IMG/VR virus record: IMGVR_UViG_3300023184_008416
Span: 1 to 64,000 of that record
Source of the DNA: a virus
Length of the DNA: 64,000 nucleotides
Reading direction: 5' to 3' (one strand)
The notes under the pieces were generated by a model, which was not told the DNA's origin, made no database searches, and was given only the letters and a program-made list of their open reading frames with translations. The translations under genes and the position numbers were made by a program. Of this stretch, positions 1-10,519 are shown piece by piece; the stretch's first letter is position 1, and the number at the start of each line of letters is the position of its first letter.

Positions 1-2799
1 TTGAGAATCCTGTGATATGGGGTTTAATCTCACGATATCATAAGATTTAGAATTATCACCAACTGGAATTATCGTTCCGCTGAGGATGACTTCACGGTGT
101 GAAAAATCGTAGTGCCTTTGTCCTGTAAAGCTGAAATTATCAAGGTACTTGTTTCTATTTTCTTTTATGAGTCCAAAAGTAACACAAGGTCCACCAACGT
201 CAACAGCATCACACAAGTCTGTCGGTGCGGCCGCAGACATTATGATACCTTTTAAGAAATTGGTTAATTTAGTGGTTGCATTACCCACGCCAAATCCCAT
301 TCTTATAGGACAAGAAACAGTATATGTTGGTGCCATTGCTCCTAACGTGATAGTTCTTTCAAGTCCACCGGTTTCTGTGAATGTATTGGATCCATCAAAT
401 ACAAAAACGCCAGTACTGTCTCCAGATAAAACGTAATTTAAACTTGAGCTATAAGGCGAATCCTGCGTGAGAACGTAAGATGGACCCATTGGGTCAGAAT
501 TGGTTAAAGTATAAATTGTGGGTAAAACAAAAAGTGGATCATTGCTTACCTCATAAGTTCCAGAAGATTCAATGCATTCTTCAGGTGGTGGAGGTCCAGG
601 AGGAGGTTCACATGTGATGTTATATGTGCCGACCAGACCGTCGCTGCTTATCGTTAGAGTTCTGTTTAATCCACTATTTTCTGTAAAGACAGTAGACCCG
701 TCAAAAGTAAACGTTGATCCGTCGGAAGAATTAAAAGTTGTGCTTGCAATACCGTCTTGGGTTAAGATTAAAGACAATCCTCCCCCGGGGCCAGTGGTAT
801 AAAATTTATAGGTTTTTATTCCTGATAAACCAGAAGTTGTTCTAGAAAACCTTCCTGATTCAGGAACGCATTCATCAGGAGGAGGAGGAATACAAATATC
901 TTCACAAGTAATGGTAAAATGATGTGTTGGAGTTTCTGCTTCTAAATTTGTAACAGTTAGTGTGATGGTTCTTCCACTCCCACCATTTTCTGTGAAAATT
1001 CCTGCATCGTAAGAAGTCGGTGAAAAATCGAAAGTTCCGCTTCCGTCGCCACCCATTGCATAAGTTGTTCCAGAAACTAAAGTTAATGTATAGGTTTTTG
1101 AGGAAGGTGCGTCAGTATAAAGTGTATAAACATGTGTGCCAGAATCATAACTCCATGAAACTTGATCGTTTCCTGCGTCTGGAAGACAACGATCTTCAAC
1201 ACCATTGCATCTATTAATTTTTCTTGCAACCGTTCTGTCGTTGAACCATCCTGGGCCCGCAGCGAACGGCAATTCAACAATTACTTTTTCTAATAAGAAG
1301 GGTGATGATGAATCATTTTGGAAAATGATGGGTTGAATTTCGTTCTGATCAAACCCAAAAGCTGGGTCTTGAGTTGCATTTTCTGCCAAAACATATTGAT
1401 AAGCATCACTGACATTTTTTAGTGTTAAATCGCCTTGTACCCAAGGATGAGGCAACAAAAATGGGCTAACGTTGGTGGTAACTTGAGAATTATGAATTGT
1501 TGATATTCCCGCATTTCCACTTGCAACCTGTGTACCGAATGCTGTATAAAGTCTTGCGTCACCAAAAATTGCTAATGACGTTTTGGGATCTTGATCATAT
1601 CCTGCTTTTCTAAAAGATTTGGTATAGGAATCGTAGTAAGACAACGTAGCAGTTGTGGGCAACAATACATGAGGAGCTTGAATCGGTAGCTCATATTTTA
1701 TGATTGTTTTTTGACCCAAATTACCATCGAATCCCAGTCCAACGTCTTCGACTGCTGAACCTATTTTATAGAACGAAGTTTCTTTGATGTCTTGTTCGAA
1801 TAATTGTGTTTCTGAGAATGCACCAATGATACCTGGGTCTTTAGGAATCCACGGATCAACTGCGTCAGGTCTTAAAATGCCAGCTACTTCAATGTCAGTA
1901 TAGAGTGAAGCGTCTGGATTATCAAATGTTGATAATTGGCCAAATAATCTTGGTAGATGGGTGGGCATGTTAACAACGGTTTCACCAAAAACTAGTGATT
2001 TTCTGTCGTCAAATAATCCATTCACGAAAATTGGAGAATTGCTGTCTTGATTTCTTAATTCTAACCGAGGCAAGATTTTTTTGGTGTGCTCTGGTGGTGG
2101 AACAAAACGGTATAACGCACCAAAGACTGTCTTTCCCGGCCAGGATGTATTGTTAATAGCAACAGGAATGGAGATTCCTCCCGTTTGTCTTAATCCTCCA
2201 AACTTACTGTTTTGATTTTTAATTGACGGATCACACACTTCTATCGTTGTTGATGGTGAACTATTCCCATTGTCGTACCCAATTACGTAACAATTCGCGA
2301 CGCCTGACTCCGAATAATTAAAATAATCTCTTGTTGTTGTTAGAGAATCAAACGACGAGTATCCCCACTCTATCACACCAGATTCGTATATCATGCAATC
2401 AAATTCATATTGGATGATATTGATGTTGCTGGCTAAGAATCTCCACTTAACGTATGTTCCGCTCTGAGTATGACCTGCCCAGACACCACACTTTTTTAGT
2501 CTTTTGCCTAGGTTAATTTGATCTGCTACGTTTTTATCGGAGTAAAAATTAGGGGTATCGTAGCTCCATGGATATAAAGTTACTATACCTGTACCTCCGG
2601 GAGTATATAGGGTAACCCTTCCGTCGATATTTACGATTACGTAAGAAATATCTGCGTCACAAAATTTTGATTGGCAACTGACTGTGTGGGTCGGTGAAGA
2701 CGTGTCTAACCTGGTTAAAAGATCTTCATTGATGAATTTAATCCCAAATTTGGGACCCACTTGCGATTGAAAGACGTAATTCTGTAGGAGATTTGACAT
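1..2799 (-). CDS. Large putative virion/tail-associated protein, 3'-partial (>=933 aa, runs off the window)
   Basis: Absent from the ORF track. My translation from ATG 2799 (overlapping the TGA of the upstream gene) stays open to position 1: MSNLLQNYVFQSQVGPKFG...FLLEKVIVELPFAAGPGWFNDRT...DVGGPCVTFGL. It is coupled to the baseplate operon. Confidence 0.8.
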   Translation of the reverse strand, partial: MSNLLQNYVFQSQVGPKFGIKFINEDLLTRLDTSSPTHTVSCQSKFCDADISYVIVNIDGRVTLYTPGGTGIVTLYPWSYDTPNFYSDKNVADQINLGKRLKKCGVWAGHTQSGTYVKWRFLASNINIIQYEFDCMIYESGVIEWGYSSFDSLTTTRDYFNYSESGVANCYVIGYDNGNSSPSTTIEVCDPSIKNQNSKFGGLRQTGGISIPVAINNTSWPGKTVFGALYRFVPPPEHTKKILPRLELRNQDSNSPIFVNGLFDDRKSLVFGETVVNMPTHLPRLFGQLSTFDNPDASLYTDIEVAGILRPDAVDPWIPKDPGIIGAFSETQLFEQDIKETSFYKIGSAVEDVGLGFDGNLGQKTIIKYELPIQAPHVLLPTTATLSYYDSYTKSFRKAGYDQDPKTSLAIFGDARLYTAFGTQVASGNAGISTIHNSQVTTNVSPFLLPHPWVQGDLTLKNVSDAYQYVLAENATQDPAFGFDQNEIQPIIFQNDSSSPFLLEKVIVELPFAAGPGWFNDRTVARKINRCNGVEDRCLPDAGNDQVSWSYDSGTHVYTLYTDAPSSKTYTLTLVSGTTYAMGGDGSGTFDFSPTSYDAGIFTENGGSGRTITLTVTNLEAETPTHHFTITCEDICIPPPPDECVPESGRFSRTTSGLSGIKTYKFYTTGPGGGLSLILTQDGIASTTFNSSDGSTFTFDGSTVFTENSGLNRTLTISSDGLVGTYNITCEPPPGPPPPEECIESSGTYEVSNDPLFVLPTIYTLTNSDPMGPSYVLTQDSPYSSSLNYVLSGDSTGVFVFDGSNTFTETGGLERTITLGAMAPTYTVSCPIRMGFGVGNATTKLTNFLKGIIMSAAAPTDLCDAVDVGGPCVTFGLIKENRNKYLDNFSFTGQRHYDFSHREVILSGTIIPVGDNSKSYDIVRLNPISQDSQ
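310..1188 (-). repeat. Three tandem ~87-95 aa Cys-bracketed beta-rich protein repeats with polyproline linkers
   Basis: Units lie at 1188-904, 870-610 and 576-310. Each starts and ends with Cys and shares F.F...FTE.(G/S)G..RT(I/L)T(L/I)...(Y/F).(I/V)(T/S)C. Linkers are IPPPPDE and EPPPGPPPPEE. Confidence 0.75.
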
Positions 2800-3665
2800 C
2801 ATGTGTAAGTCATGCCTCCGAAAGCAAGCGAATCTGTTCCCAATTTTGTTCCATCATATACAAACCCTGTTGTATGTGAAACGTATCCATCGGGAACATA
2901 ACCATTATCACGATAGTTTAATTCATTTGTCACATTTGTTATCGGTCCACTTAACAGATTCTTGACAATTTGATTATTGTCGGTGTCAACGAACGGCAAA
3001 ATTCTATTTTTTTCCCAAAAAAAGATCCCGTTGCCGGGTTTACCGTAGCTGTCAGTTTCATTTCTATCAAGAAACGGGATGTTTCCACCAAATTTTATTT
3101 GAGACGTTGAAACAACAAAATCAGAAGATCTAGTGTGGCTTTCATTACCGTTACCCACAAGACCCCAAACGCCGTGAGCTTCATAAGGAAAATAAGTGGA
3201 ACGTAAACCTGCTACATCACGAATTGTAAGTGGCTCCATGGTCGCAAGTACGCTGCCATAAGGACCCAACATTTGATCCCCTGAATTTTTAATGCTGAAA
3301 GGATATGATAGTTCATTTTTAACGTGCTTTATTGGATCAAAAACTTCTCCATCAGTAAAGCTAGTATTATAAACCTGTGGTAGAACGTCATTATAGACGA
3401 CGTCTTGTCCAAAAGAAGTGCGACTTAACCTGTGGCCAGGTTCACCTGATAAAATTTTAGCATATCCTGCAACGTATCCCCTCATAGATCTTAATTCAAT
3501 GCCTTGATGAAAGGGATAAGCTTCTGTTAGATTGCTGTGAGGGGCTGAATTGATTTTTACTCTGGGTTTATTACAGTCATCAAAATATGATTTATCATCA
3601 ACTTTGCTTTCTTCAAGTTCAAGAGGTGAGTGATATGACGCTTGTAATGTTTGGCTTAAATTCAT
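2799..3665 (-). CDS. Hypothetical protein, probably virion-associated
   Basis: 288-aa ORF tightly packed in the baseplate operon; no recognisable motif. Confidence 0.6.
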   Translation of the reverse strand: MNLSQTLQASYHSPLELEESKVDDKSYFDDCNKPRVKINSAPHSNLTEAYPFHQGIELRSMRGYVAGYAKILSGEPGHRLSRTSFGQDVVYNDVLPQVYNTSFTDGEVFDPIKHVKNELSYPFSIKNSGDQMLGPYGSVLATMEPLTIRDVAGLRSTYFPYEAHGVWGLVGNGNESHTRSSDFVVSTSQIKFGGNIPFLDRNETDSYGKPGNGIFFWEKNRILPFVDTDNNQIVKNLLSGPITNVTNELNYRDNGYVPDGYVSHTTGFVYDGTKLGTDSLAFGGMTYT

Positions 3666-3673
3666 AATTACTT

Positions 3674-6600
3674 TTAATATTTTTTAAGTACAACGTCGTA
3701 TGACCAACCGACTGGTTTAATTTTGGAAGGATCAAAATTTTGTGTTCGAAGACTGTAATTTTCAAAGTAATAATAATTGTGTTTTGATCTTTCTAACATG
3801 TGCGGTTCAACCATAAAATTGACACCCTTGAACCTTGTTTTCTTGGGCAATAATTGATCAATAAAAGTTGCAATTGAGGTATCAAACCATCTATAAAATT
3901 CAAAAAACTTTTCAAAATTAATTTTTGAAGATAAACGATTAAAATAAACGTCACGTAATTTTTCAATGTCAGGATATTCTGTGCTGAATAAAAGATTCGG
4001 GTCGCCTATGGCGTTATTTAACGTCTCGTAAGAAGCAAATAAATTTACAATATCTTTATTTAAAGAATCTACAAGAGAAAAATCAACTGAAAATCTAAGA
4101 TCATCGATTGGTTCATCATTTCTAGGAACGTAATAAACAGGCGCAGTTCGAGCCCACTTTGAATTTTCTACTATATTTTTATAATCCTGTAATCCTCGAG
4201 GTCTGACTTTGTCGCTAGTTGCAGTTTCGTCAAAATAGGGTGAAAGATTACTGTAATTTATAATTGATGTTTCAAAATTATTAGATCCCGTTAAGTAACC
4301 GGTTCCTGTCATTGAAAATCCATTTTGACTATAATCAAAAAGTGATATGAAACCCGTTGAGCCAGATGCCAATGTTTCTGGTTGTTTTTGAATACAATCG
4401 AGTCTTAATTTTTCAAAACTACCCGTTAATTTATTCACAAAATTATAATGAAGATTGGGTTGATCAACACCTCTAGATTTATGATTTTTTGTATGTTCTA
4501 GAAATTCTGTTTCAGATATTGATTTTGACCAGAATCTAACGTTTGAAATTGTTCCACTAAAATATGCAAGAGAAAAGGAGGGATCATTTAAAAATATTGA
4601 AGATAAATTTATGGTATCATTGGCTCCGATGGCGATATATGAACCTGAAGAATTATAATCCGGTGAAAGAGATCTAAACAAATTTTTGTATATTGTAGGT
4701 GTGTCAGGACTTTCATTAAAAAAGCTGGAGGTTTGATATAGGTGTGTAATTGTGCCGTTTAATTGTTGTGATGCTCTTACAAAGTAAGATGATGAAATTT
4801 CAGAATTAATTTCATCATTTCTGATGCAACCAAAAGAAATCAACCAATGATTTCCATCATATATTCCACTTCCTGATAAATTTAAGGGTAACGACAGCAT
4901 TGGAGCATTAATATCTCCATGAGGTCTAACATATAGAGTTATTTTACAATTATCAAAAATGTCGATCGGAGGAGAAACAATTAAGTTTGTTAGTAACCAA
5001 GGTCCTCCATTTAAAGATCCCGACGATTCAAAACGAACTAAACTTTGTGAAAGCGCTCCGTTCAAACCTGAATCATTTAATAAATCCGTTATAACAGAAT
5101 TACCATCGTTGGCAACATTTTGTTGTTTAAACAACTTATAATTTGATTCAAAAGTCCACGAACCTGAAGTTAAAAGTTTGTCGTTATTAGTGCCTTCTGG
5201 TAAAGGAAAACCGGGTTCTATCCTGGGTGATGATAAATATGAACTTGAGACCAAACTATTTTTATCAAATTTTAAAGCAAATCCAACTTCACTTCTTATA
5301 TCTCGTGTTGAATCAAGGGTTCTTTGTGTTACACCACCGTATTCTCGAATTCTAATTGAATTATCTGGGTCAATTCCCACAGCTCGCAAAAAAGCCTTAA
5401 TTGAATGTTGGGTTCCTTTTGATGCAATTATGTGAGGTAAGCTTACTAAGAGTCTTCTTGTAATTTGGTTCTGTATAAATTTAAGTGTGTATTGTGAAGT
5501 ACTAATGTCGTCTTCGATATTTTCGGCTTCAAGGTATTGTTCAAGTGTAGAATCTGTAAAAAGTGATGGTAAATTTAAACCAAGACTTTTAACTAAAAAT
5601 GGTAAAAAATTATCAGGAACAGTTTCGTTTAATTCATAATCAACAAAATTTAAAGTTTTAAAACTGTCAATGAATAATTTAATTTCATCAAAAAATTTTG
5701 CCCAAATATACAATAACGATAACATTAATTGTTGTGATCCAATTTTACCGGATCCAGGAATACTGTTACCTTCATATGGTTGTATGGCATTACCATCTAT
5801 GTCCAAACCGTATCCCTCTGCTGATGCCCCTTCAAGCAAATAGTGTGGCGGAATTAAACGTGTAATTAAATTTGGGTTTTCAATATCATATAAAGATGAA
5901 CTCATCAATAAATTTGTGTTTAATGAAACCACATCTGGGTGCATTGGAAAAAGAATGGGATTAAATAAATCTTTTTCATACATCATTACATTGTTGTTAA
6001 TGCTATCAAATTTTATTCTAAATGATCCTTGAAAATTTTCAACATAAGAGTGTAAAGAATTTCCAGAGCTGTCTAGAACTATATTATCAATACCACTACC
6101 AGAAAGGAAGGGTTCATTAAATTTATAATACAATTTTAATTCTGGTGTTGCAAAAATTCCCTTTTGAGAATATAAAGATTGTAATTTAGTATCTCGATTT
6201 GAGTGAAATAATCTAAGTTCATCAATCGTTCCAGAAAGTGTTAATTTGGGTGTAAATTTATCACCATTTGAATTTACAACAATTGATGATCCACTTCCTA
6301 TAATAAAGTTTGATGTATCAATATCAAGTTTTTTTAGTTTGTTCCCCGTGCCTGTTTCAGCCAGTGATTCATTGACATAAAACAGACTAGAATCTAGACC
6401 CATGTTAATGGATCTATCTAACGTAACACAAATATGATTATACTTTCCTTTTAAAATTTGGGCAGATGATGAAACGACATGGCTACCTGACACAATTACA
6501 AATTGGCAAGATGCTGAAACAGCAGATAGACTGGGTAATAGATGTAACGAAAATCCCTGTCTTTCGCCATTTATTTTTTGACAAATAATTGATTCGTCAT

Positions 6601-7117
6601 TTGATTCTGTCGGTAATTTAAGTTGCAGTTCAATTGACAAGGGTGTAAACTCATCAGGAGGATTTAGTACTGATACACCACTATTATTTTTTGAAAGATC
6701 GGGAAATAAAGTTCCGGGGGCATCAATAACTGAAATATAACTGCCACCGGTAAAGTGAAGTGAACCACGATTTTTAGGGAAATTTTCTAACACCCAGCGA
6801 TCAAATCCAGTAAGGTTATCTAAGAAAATTTGCACTTCTTTTTTTGAACCGTCAAAAGGAAATTTATTAATTAATTGTTCAAATGCTAAGTTTGTCTTTA
6901 CTTCAGCTGACATGAAAAACGTGTGATTTTCAAATTTTGACCAATCAACGTTTAATTGTTGTGTTGATTTAAGAGGATAACCTTGTGGATCATAAAAAAA
7001 CGATCCTGTTTCGCCAAGACTAGTATCTAAAACTAAGTCTTGAGTTAAGGAATTAAGGTATTTATTTCCGTCAAATTGTTGTTTTATTTTTGACGGTAAA
7101 AAATCTTTTGTTCCCAT
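3674..7117 (-). CDS. Baseplate wedge-like protein (P2 gpI/T4 gp7-like core) with two LamG/ConA-like domains
   Basis: gpI-like core VPDNFLPFLVKSLG...RRLLVSLPHIIASKGTQHSIKAFLRAVGI. LamG-like motifs GKYNHICVTLDRS...LSGTIDELRLF and DGNHWLISF...FSGTISNVRFWSKSIS. Lies downstream of the gp6/J-like gene. Confidence 0.6.
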   Translation of the reverse strand: MGTKDFLPSKIKQQFDGNKYLNSLTQDLVLDTSLGETGSFFYDPQGYPLKSTQQLNVDWSKFENHTFFMSAEVKTNLAFEQLINKFPFDGSKKEVQIFLDNLTGFDRWVLENFPKNRGSLHFTGGSYISVIDAPGTLFPDLSKNNSGVSVLNPPDEFTPLSIELQLKLPTESNDESIICQKINGERQGFSLHLLPSLSAVSASCQFVIVSGSHVVSSSAQILKGKYNHICVTLDRSINMGLDSSLFYVNESLAETGTGNKLKKLDIDTSNFIIGSGSSIVVNSNGDKFTPKLTLSGTIDELRLFHSNRDTKLQSLYSQKGIFATPELKLYYKFNEPFLSGSGIDNIVLDSSGNSLHSYVENFQGSFRIKFDSINNNVMMYEKDLFNPILFPMHPDVVSLNTNLLMSSSLYDIENPNLITRLIPPHYLLEGASAEGYGLDIDGNAIQPYEGNSIPGSGKIGSQQLMLSLLYIWAKFFDEIKLFIDSFKTLNFVDYELNETVPDNFLPFLVKSLGLNLPSLFTDSTLEQYLEAENIEDDISTSQYTLKFIQNQITRRLLVSLPHIIASKGTQHSIKAFLRAVGIDPDNSIRIREYGGVTQRTLDSTRDIRSEVGFALKFDKNSLVSSSYLSSPRIEPGFPLPEGTNNDKLLTSGSWTFESNYKLFKQQNVANDGNSVITDLLNDSGLNGALSQSLVRFESSGSLNGGPWLLTNLIVSPPIDIFDNCKITLYVRPHGDINAPMLSLPLNLSGSGIYDGNHWLISFGCIRNDEINSEISSSYFVRASQQLNGTITHLYQTSSFFNESPDTPTIYKNLFRSLSPDYNSSGSYIAIGANDTINLSSIFLNDPSFSLAYFSGTISNVRFWSKSISETEFLEHTKNHKSRGVDQPNLHYNFVNKLTGSFEKLRLDCIQKQPETLASGSTGFISLFDYSQNGFSMTGTGYLTGSNNFETSIINYSNLSPYFDETATSDKVRPRGLQDYKNIVENSKWARTAPVYYVPRNDEPIDDLRFSVDFSLVDSLNKDIVNLFASYETLNNAIGDPNLLFSTEYPDIEKLRDVYFNRLSSKINFEKFFEFYRWFDTSIATFIDQLLPKKTRFKGVNFMVEPHMLERSKHNYYYFENYSLRTQNFDPSKIKPVGWSYDVVLKKY

Positions 7118-7118
7118 T

Positions 7119-8636
7119 TTATGACACTACCTTAAAAGTAATCGAAGAATTTTTATATATTGTTGATTCATTACCTTCAACTGTCATTATATCAATTGTG
7201 TATGATCTGTTTTGAATTAATGAAAATCCATCTAAATAAAAATACAATCCATTGGAATCTAGGGAAAGTTTTGTAGAATTGTAAGTGGTATCAAATGGGA
7301 TGACAGTGTTAGAACTATCTTCATCCCTGATACTGTAATAACAATTTTTTATAATTTTCCCATAATCATTGATAGCAAATTTAACACTTTGTAATAAAGG
7401 ATTTGTCTGATCAAAAATATGAATCCTGACTAGCATTTTTTCTGATTTTTTTAATTCAATAGGAACTCCATAACATGAAACAGTATATTTTTTTTTATTT
7501 AATGGTGAAGTAAATGTTTGTGGACCACTAAATTTTATTGATGATCCTGTGACAAACGAACTTGATTGATTCAAAGACATCCAAATTGGTGTGAATGTTA
7601 CAGAACCAGAAACATTAAGTTTTTTTTGTAATATTGGATTTAATGAAACATAAACGGGGGCTTGATAAGTTCCACTTAGTTCGAAATTTCCTCTTGAAAA
7701 TTGTGAACCTGTGAAAAAAATATCATAGTTTCCTCCCGATATGGGGGTTGTTAATTTAAGTAGCAGACAATTTGATCCTGTCAAATCATTTGATTCAAAA
7801 TTTATATTTCGGAGACCTTGAGAATCATAATTGTATAAAAACAAACTTCCAGATAGATTGAAATTCATTATTGAAGAATCATCAGAAATAGAATCGTCAA
7901 ATTTAACAATTAATTTAGGTCTGAGAGTCAGATCATAAGCATGTCTAGATGCAAATCTTTTGACAAAATATGTTTGTTGATTACTTTCCACACTTCCGAT
8001 GAAAGATAGTCTGTAACCTTCATCAGGCAATTTATTAATCAACGTAGCAGAAACAATTTTTGTGACATCAAACAATGCATCTTCAGAACCATTTTTGAAA
8101 GATTGTGTTATTTCAAAATTTATATTTTCAGATCCTATGATTCCATTTGTAAAATAATCACAAACATCACCTAATTGACCACCATAGTTTGCACCAGATA
8201 AAATCCATGCATCATTTTCTGATGCTGACAGAAAATTTGCTACATCAAAATCAGTTAGATAAACAATATCTTTACCAATTCCTTCACTAAATGATTTTGA
8301 AAGAGGTGATAAAATTAAACTAAAGTTATTGGGTGTTGTTTGACCACCGTAAACATCTTTTAGATTAACATAACACTTAAAACTTTCATGATTTATGTCA
8401 ATTTTTTTAGAATTTAACAAATTTTTTAAATCTGTTATACCTTCAAAATGTAATAGACTTCTTGAAATTTCTACATTTGGTGTTTGTGTAGCTCCACTGA
8501 TATTAGTAGTAATACCATACAATTTAAAAAGATCAAGAGTAGATGCATAACCTACTGAAGAATTAATACGTTTAACTCCGGATATTACTTTGTCTGTTAT
8601 ATAAGTGTCTTTGTCTGCATCAAATAATTTATACAT
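7119..8636 (-). CDS. Putative virion/baseplate structural protein
   Basis: 505 aa, coupled to the baseplate wedge gene; N-terminal ADKDTYI...SRSLLHF segment typical of beta-sandwich domains; Ser/Gly-rich. Confidence 0.55.
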   Translation of the reverse strand: MYKLFDADKDTYITDKVISGVKRINSSVGYASTLDLFKLYGITTNISGATQTPNVEISRSLLHFEGITDLKNLLNSKKIDINHESFKCYVNLKDVYGGQTTPNNFSLILSPLSKSFSEGIGKDIVYLTDFDVANFLSASENDAWILSGANYGGQLGDVCDYFTNGIIGSENINFEITQSFKNGSEDALFDVTKIVSATLINKLPDEGYRLSFIGSVESNQQTYFVKRFASRHAYDLTLRPKLIVKFDDSISDDSSIMNFNLSGSLFLYNYDSQGLRNINFESNDLTGSNCLLLKLTTPISGGNYDIFFTGSQFSRGNFELSGTYQAPVYVSLNPILQKKLNVSGSVTFTPIWMSLNQSSSFVTGSSIKFSGPQTFTSPLNKKKYTVSCYGVPIELKKSEKMLVRIHIFDQTNPLLQSVKFAINDYGKIIKNCYYSIRDEDSSNTVIPFDTTYNSTKLSLDSNGLYFYLDGFSLIQNRSYTIDIMTVEGNESTIYKNSSITFKVVS

Positions 8637-10504
8637 TAGACGCTCTTTCCTATGATGTTTATGCTGGGATATTTCATTTCAAATATCCCTCCAGGTGGAG
8701 GGACAATTACACCTTTTTGTTTTAAAGTTCCTATCTTGAAATCATAATAAAAATCACTATAAATCTTGTTATTAATTGTGCCAACAAGATTTGTAAATTT
8801 TAATGCACCTGATTCAGGTATAGACAAAACACCATCTATTGAAAATAAGATACTTATTATTTCAGCTGTATAAATAGGTTTGTCTATCTGAGCATTAACA
8901 ACACTAAAATAATTCACAAGTTCAGTATTTATATTTTGTATTACTTGTTCTGTAACATACTCTGGATCTATTATGACAGAATATGACAATTGAAAGTTGA
9001 CTATTGGGCAGTCTAAAATTTCAATTGCGTCTGAAATTAATCTATAGGTGTTAAGATATTTTGCAAGATTTAATTTTAGTGTATCCGTTGTTGTTGTTAG
9101 ATCCCCGTTTTCATCTCTTCCAACGACATAAAGATTTGTACTCAAGGGATTGTCTATATTTTGTCTTATAGCTGCACGAAAAACCCTTCCAAAATTTGAT
9201 GGAATGGTATAAACTCTTGCGAGTAAATCTTCCTTTGTTACTATTCTTTCTTGAGAATTTTTAATTGCAGCTGCTAGATTTTTAAAATCATTAATTGAAG
9301 GAATATTTTCTCCGCCTCTAGCAGGTTCAAGATTAAGAACTTGTGTACTGTTGGTTACGGCTTGACCTAAATTGGGGTCTGGATTTTTGGGGAAAAACAT
9401 TCTGAGGTCAGTTATTTCTCCAATAGAATTTTCAGATACATTGTGTGATGTTCCTCCCCCATATCTATAAGATATTGTGAAGGTGGTGTTTGAAGAAGCT
9501 ACACCTAATGTTCTTGTTGTTAGTAAACTTTGCGGATTTATTCCTTTTCTATTAAATGAATTTGTATTTGGTAAAGGTATGGCAAATTCTGCTGGATCCG
9601 GTATAACGTCATCCTGCAATGAAAGTGCATCCCCACCACCAAATGTTAGGGTTGTTAATCTAGATGCTAAATCAAAGTTTTTTATAAATCTGTAGGGTGC
9701 GGGTATTAATTGAAGTGAGCTTGGTGAAGTATGTGAATCATATCCAAAATTAGGTGTAGCTTTATAAATAACGTCTTCCGCAAGATCATTTACTTCATAA
9801 TAAACGTTACCAAATCCATCAACAACTTTAACTATCTGATAGATGTCGGGGTCTGGTAAAATTATTTTCCTATACGAAACAAATGAACCAACACTGGTGT
9901 AAAATGATTTTTCATTTCCAGACAAAAACTTGCCAGTTTTAGAAACTATGAACGTTTGTACGATTTGATTATTTATCTTACCATTTTTTATAGTTGCGTT
10001 ATAATTTCCATCTGCTTTTTTTTGTGAAAAATCTATATTGTCTATTAATCTAAAACTTATTCCAGATTCTGATGTTACTACAGTTCCTTGTCTTATAATA
10101 GGTAAAGAATTTTCTAGTGGGATGTAAGTTTGATTGCCATTAGGATCTGCACCGATTATTGCAGGAACCTCTATATAAAACGTACAATTTACGCTAGAAG
10201 GAGAAGGTCCATATATTTTTACACCATTATTTTTTAATATGTTAACTATATTGTTAGTTTCAACAGCAGAATCTATATTTAATTCATTAAATTGATGATC
10301 TAAATAGAACGACATATTATCGCCTATAAAGGCTGCCATTTCAAGGAATAATCCTCCCAGGCTGTTTTCAGAAAAATCTGAATTTTTTTCTGAAAAGTAT
10401 AGTCTTGCATATGATAAAATATCTTGTCTTAATGCATCAAAATCTTTTGCAAGATAAGTTCTTTGACGAACTTGTTTTAACACTTCTGAAGGTTTTTTTG
10501 CCAT
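8636..10504 (-). CDS. Baseplate wedge subunit (T4 gp6 / baseplate J-like)
   Basis: YLAKDFDALRQDIL...DFSENSLGGLFLEMAAFIGDNMSFYLDHQFNE N-terminus; ARGGEN...SQERIVTKEDLLAR; GAGG RBS; follows the gp25-like gene. Confidence 0.9.
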   Translation of the reverse strand: MAKKPSEVLKQVRQRTYLAKDFDALRQDILSYARLYFSEKNSDFSENSLGGLFLEMAAFIGDNMSFYLDHQFNELNIDSAVETNNIVNILKNNGVKIYGPSPSSVNCTFYIEVPAIIGADPNGNQTYIPLENSLPIIRQGTVVTSESGISFRLIDNIDFSQKKADGNYNATIKNGKINNQIVQTFIVSKTGKFLSGNEKSFYTSVGSFVSYRKIILPDPDIYQIVKVVDGFGNVYYEVNDLAEDVIYKATPNFGYDSHTSPSSLQLIPAPYRFIKNFDLASRLTTLTFGGGDALSLQDDVIPDPAEFAIPLPNTNSFNRKGINPQSLLTTRTLGVASSNTTFTISYRYGGGTSHNVSENSIGEITDLRMFFPKNPDPNLGQAVTNSTQVLNLEPARGGENIPSINDFKNLAAAIKNSQERIVTKEDLLARVYTIPSNFGRVFRAAIRQNIDNPLSTNLYVVGRDENGDLTTTTDTLKLNLAKYLNTYRLISDAIEILDCPIVNFQLSYSVIIDPEYVTEQVIQNINTELVNYFSVVNAQIDKPIYTAEIISILFSIDGVLSIPESGALKFTNLVGTINNKIYSDFYYDFKIGTLKQKGVIVPPPGGIFEMKYPSINIIGKSV

Positions 10505-10519
10505 TGTTACCTCAACTAA

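Noticed and set aside
149-1280. Short ORFs at 149-436, 572-802, 1020-1217 and 1083-1280
   Set aside because: They are antisense or out-of-frame shadows of the long minus-strand ORF 2799-1. The poly-Gly in 572-802 is the reverse complement of the polyproline linker.
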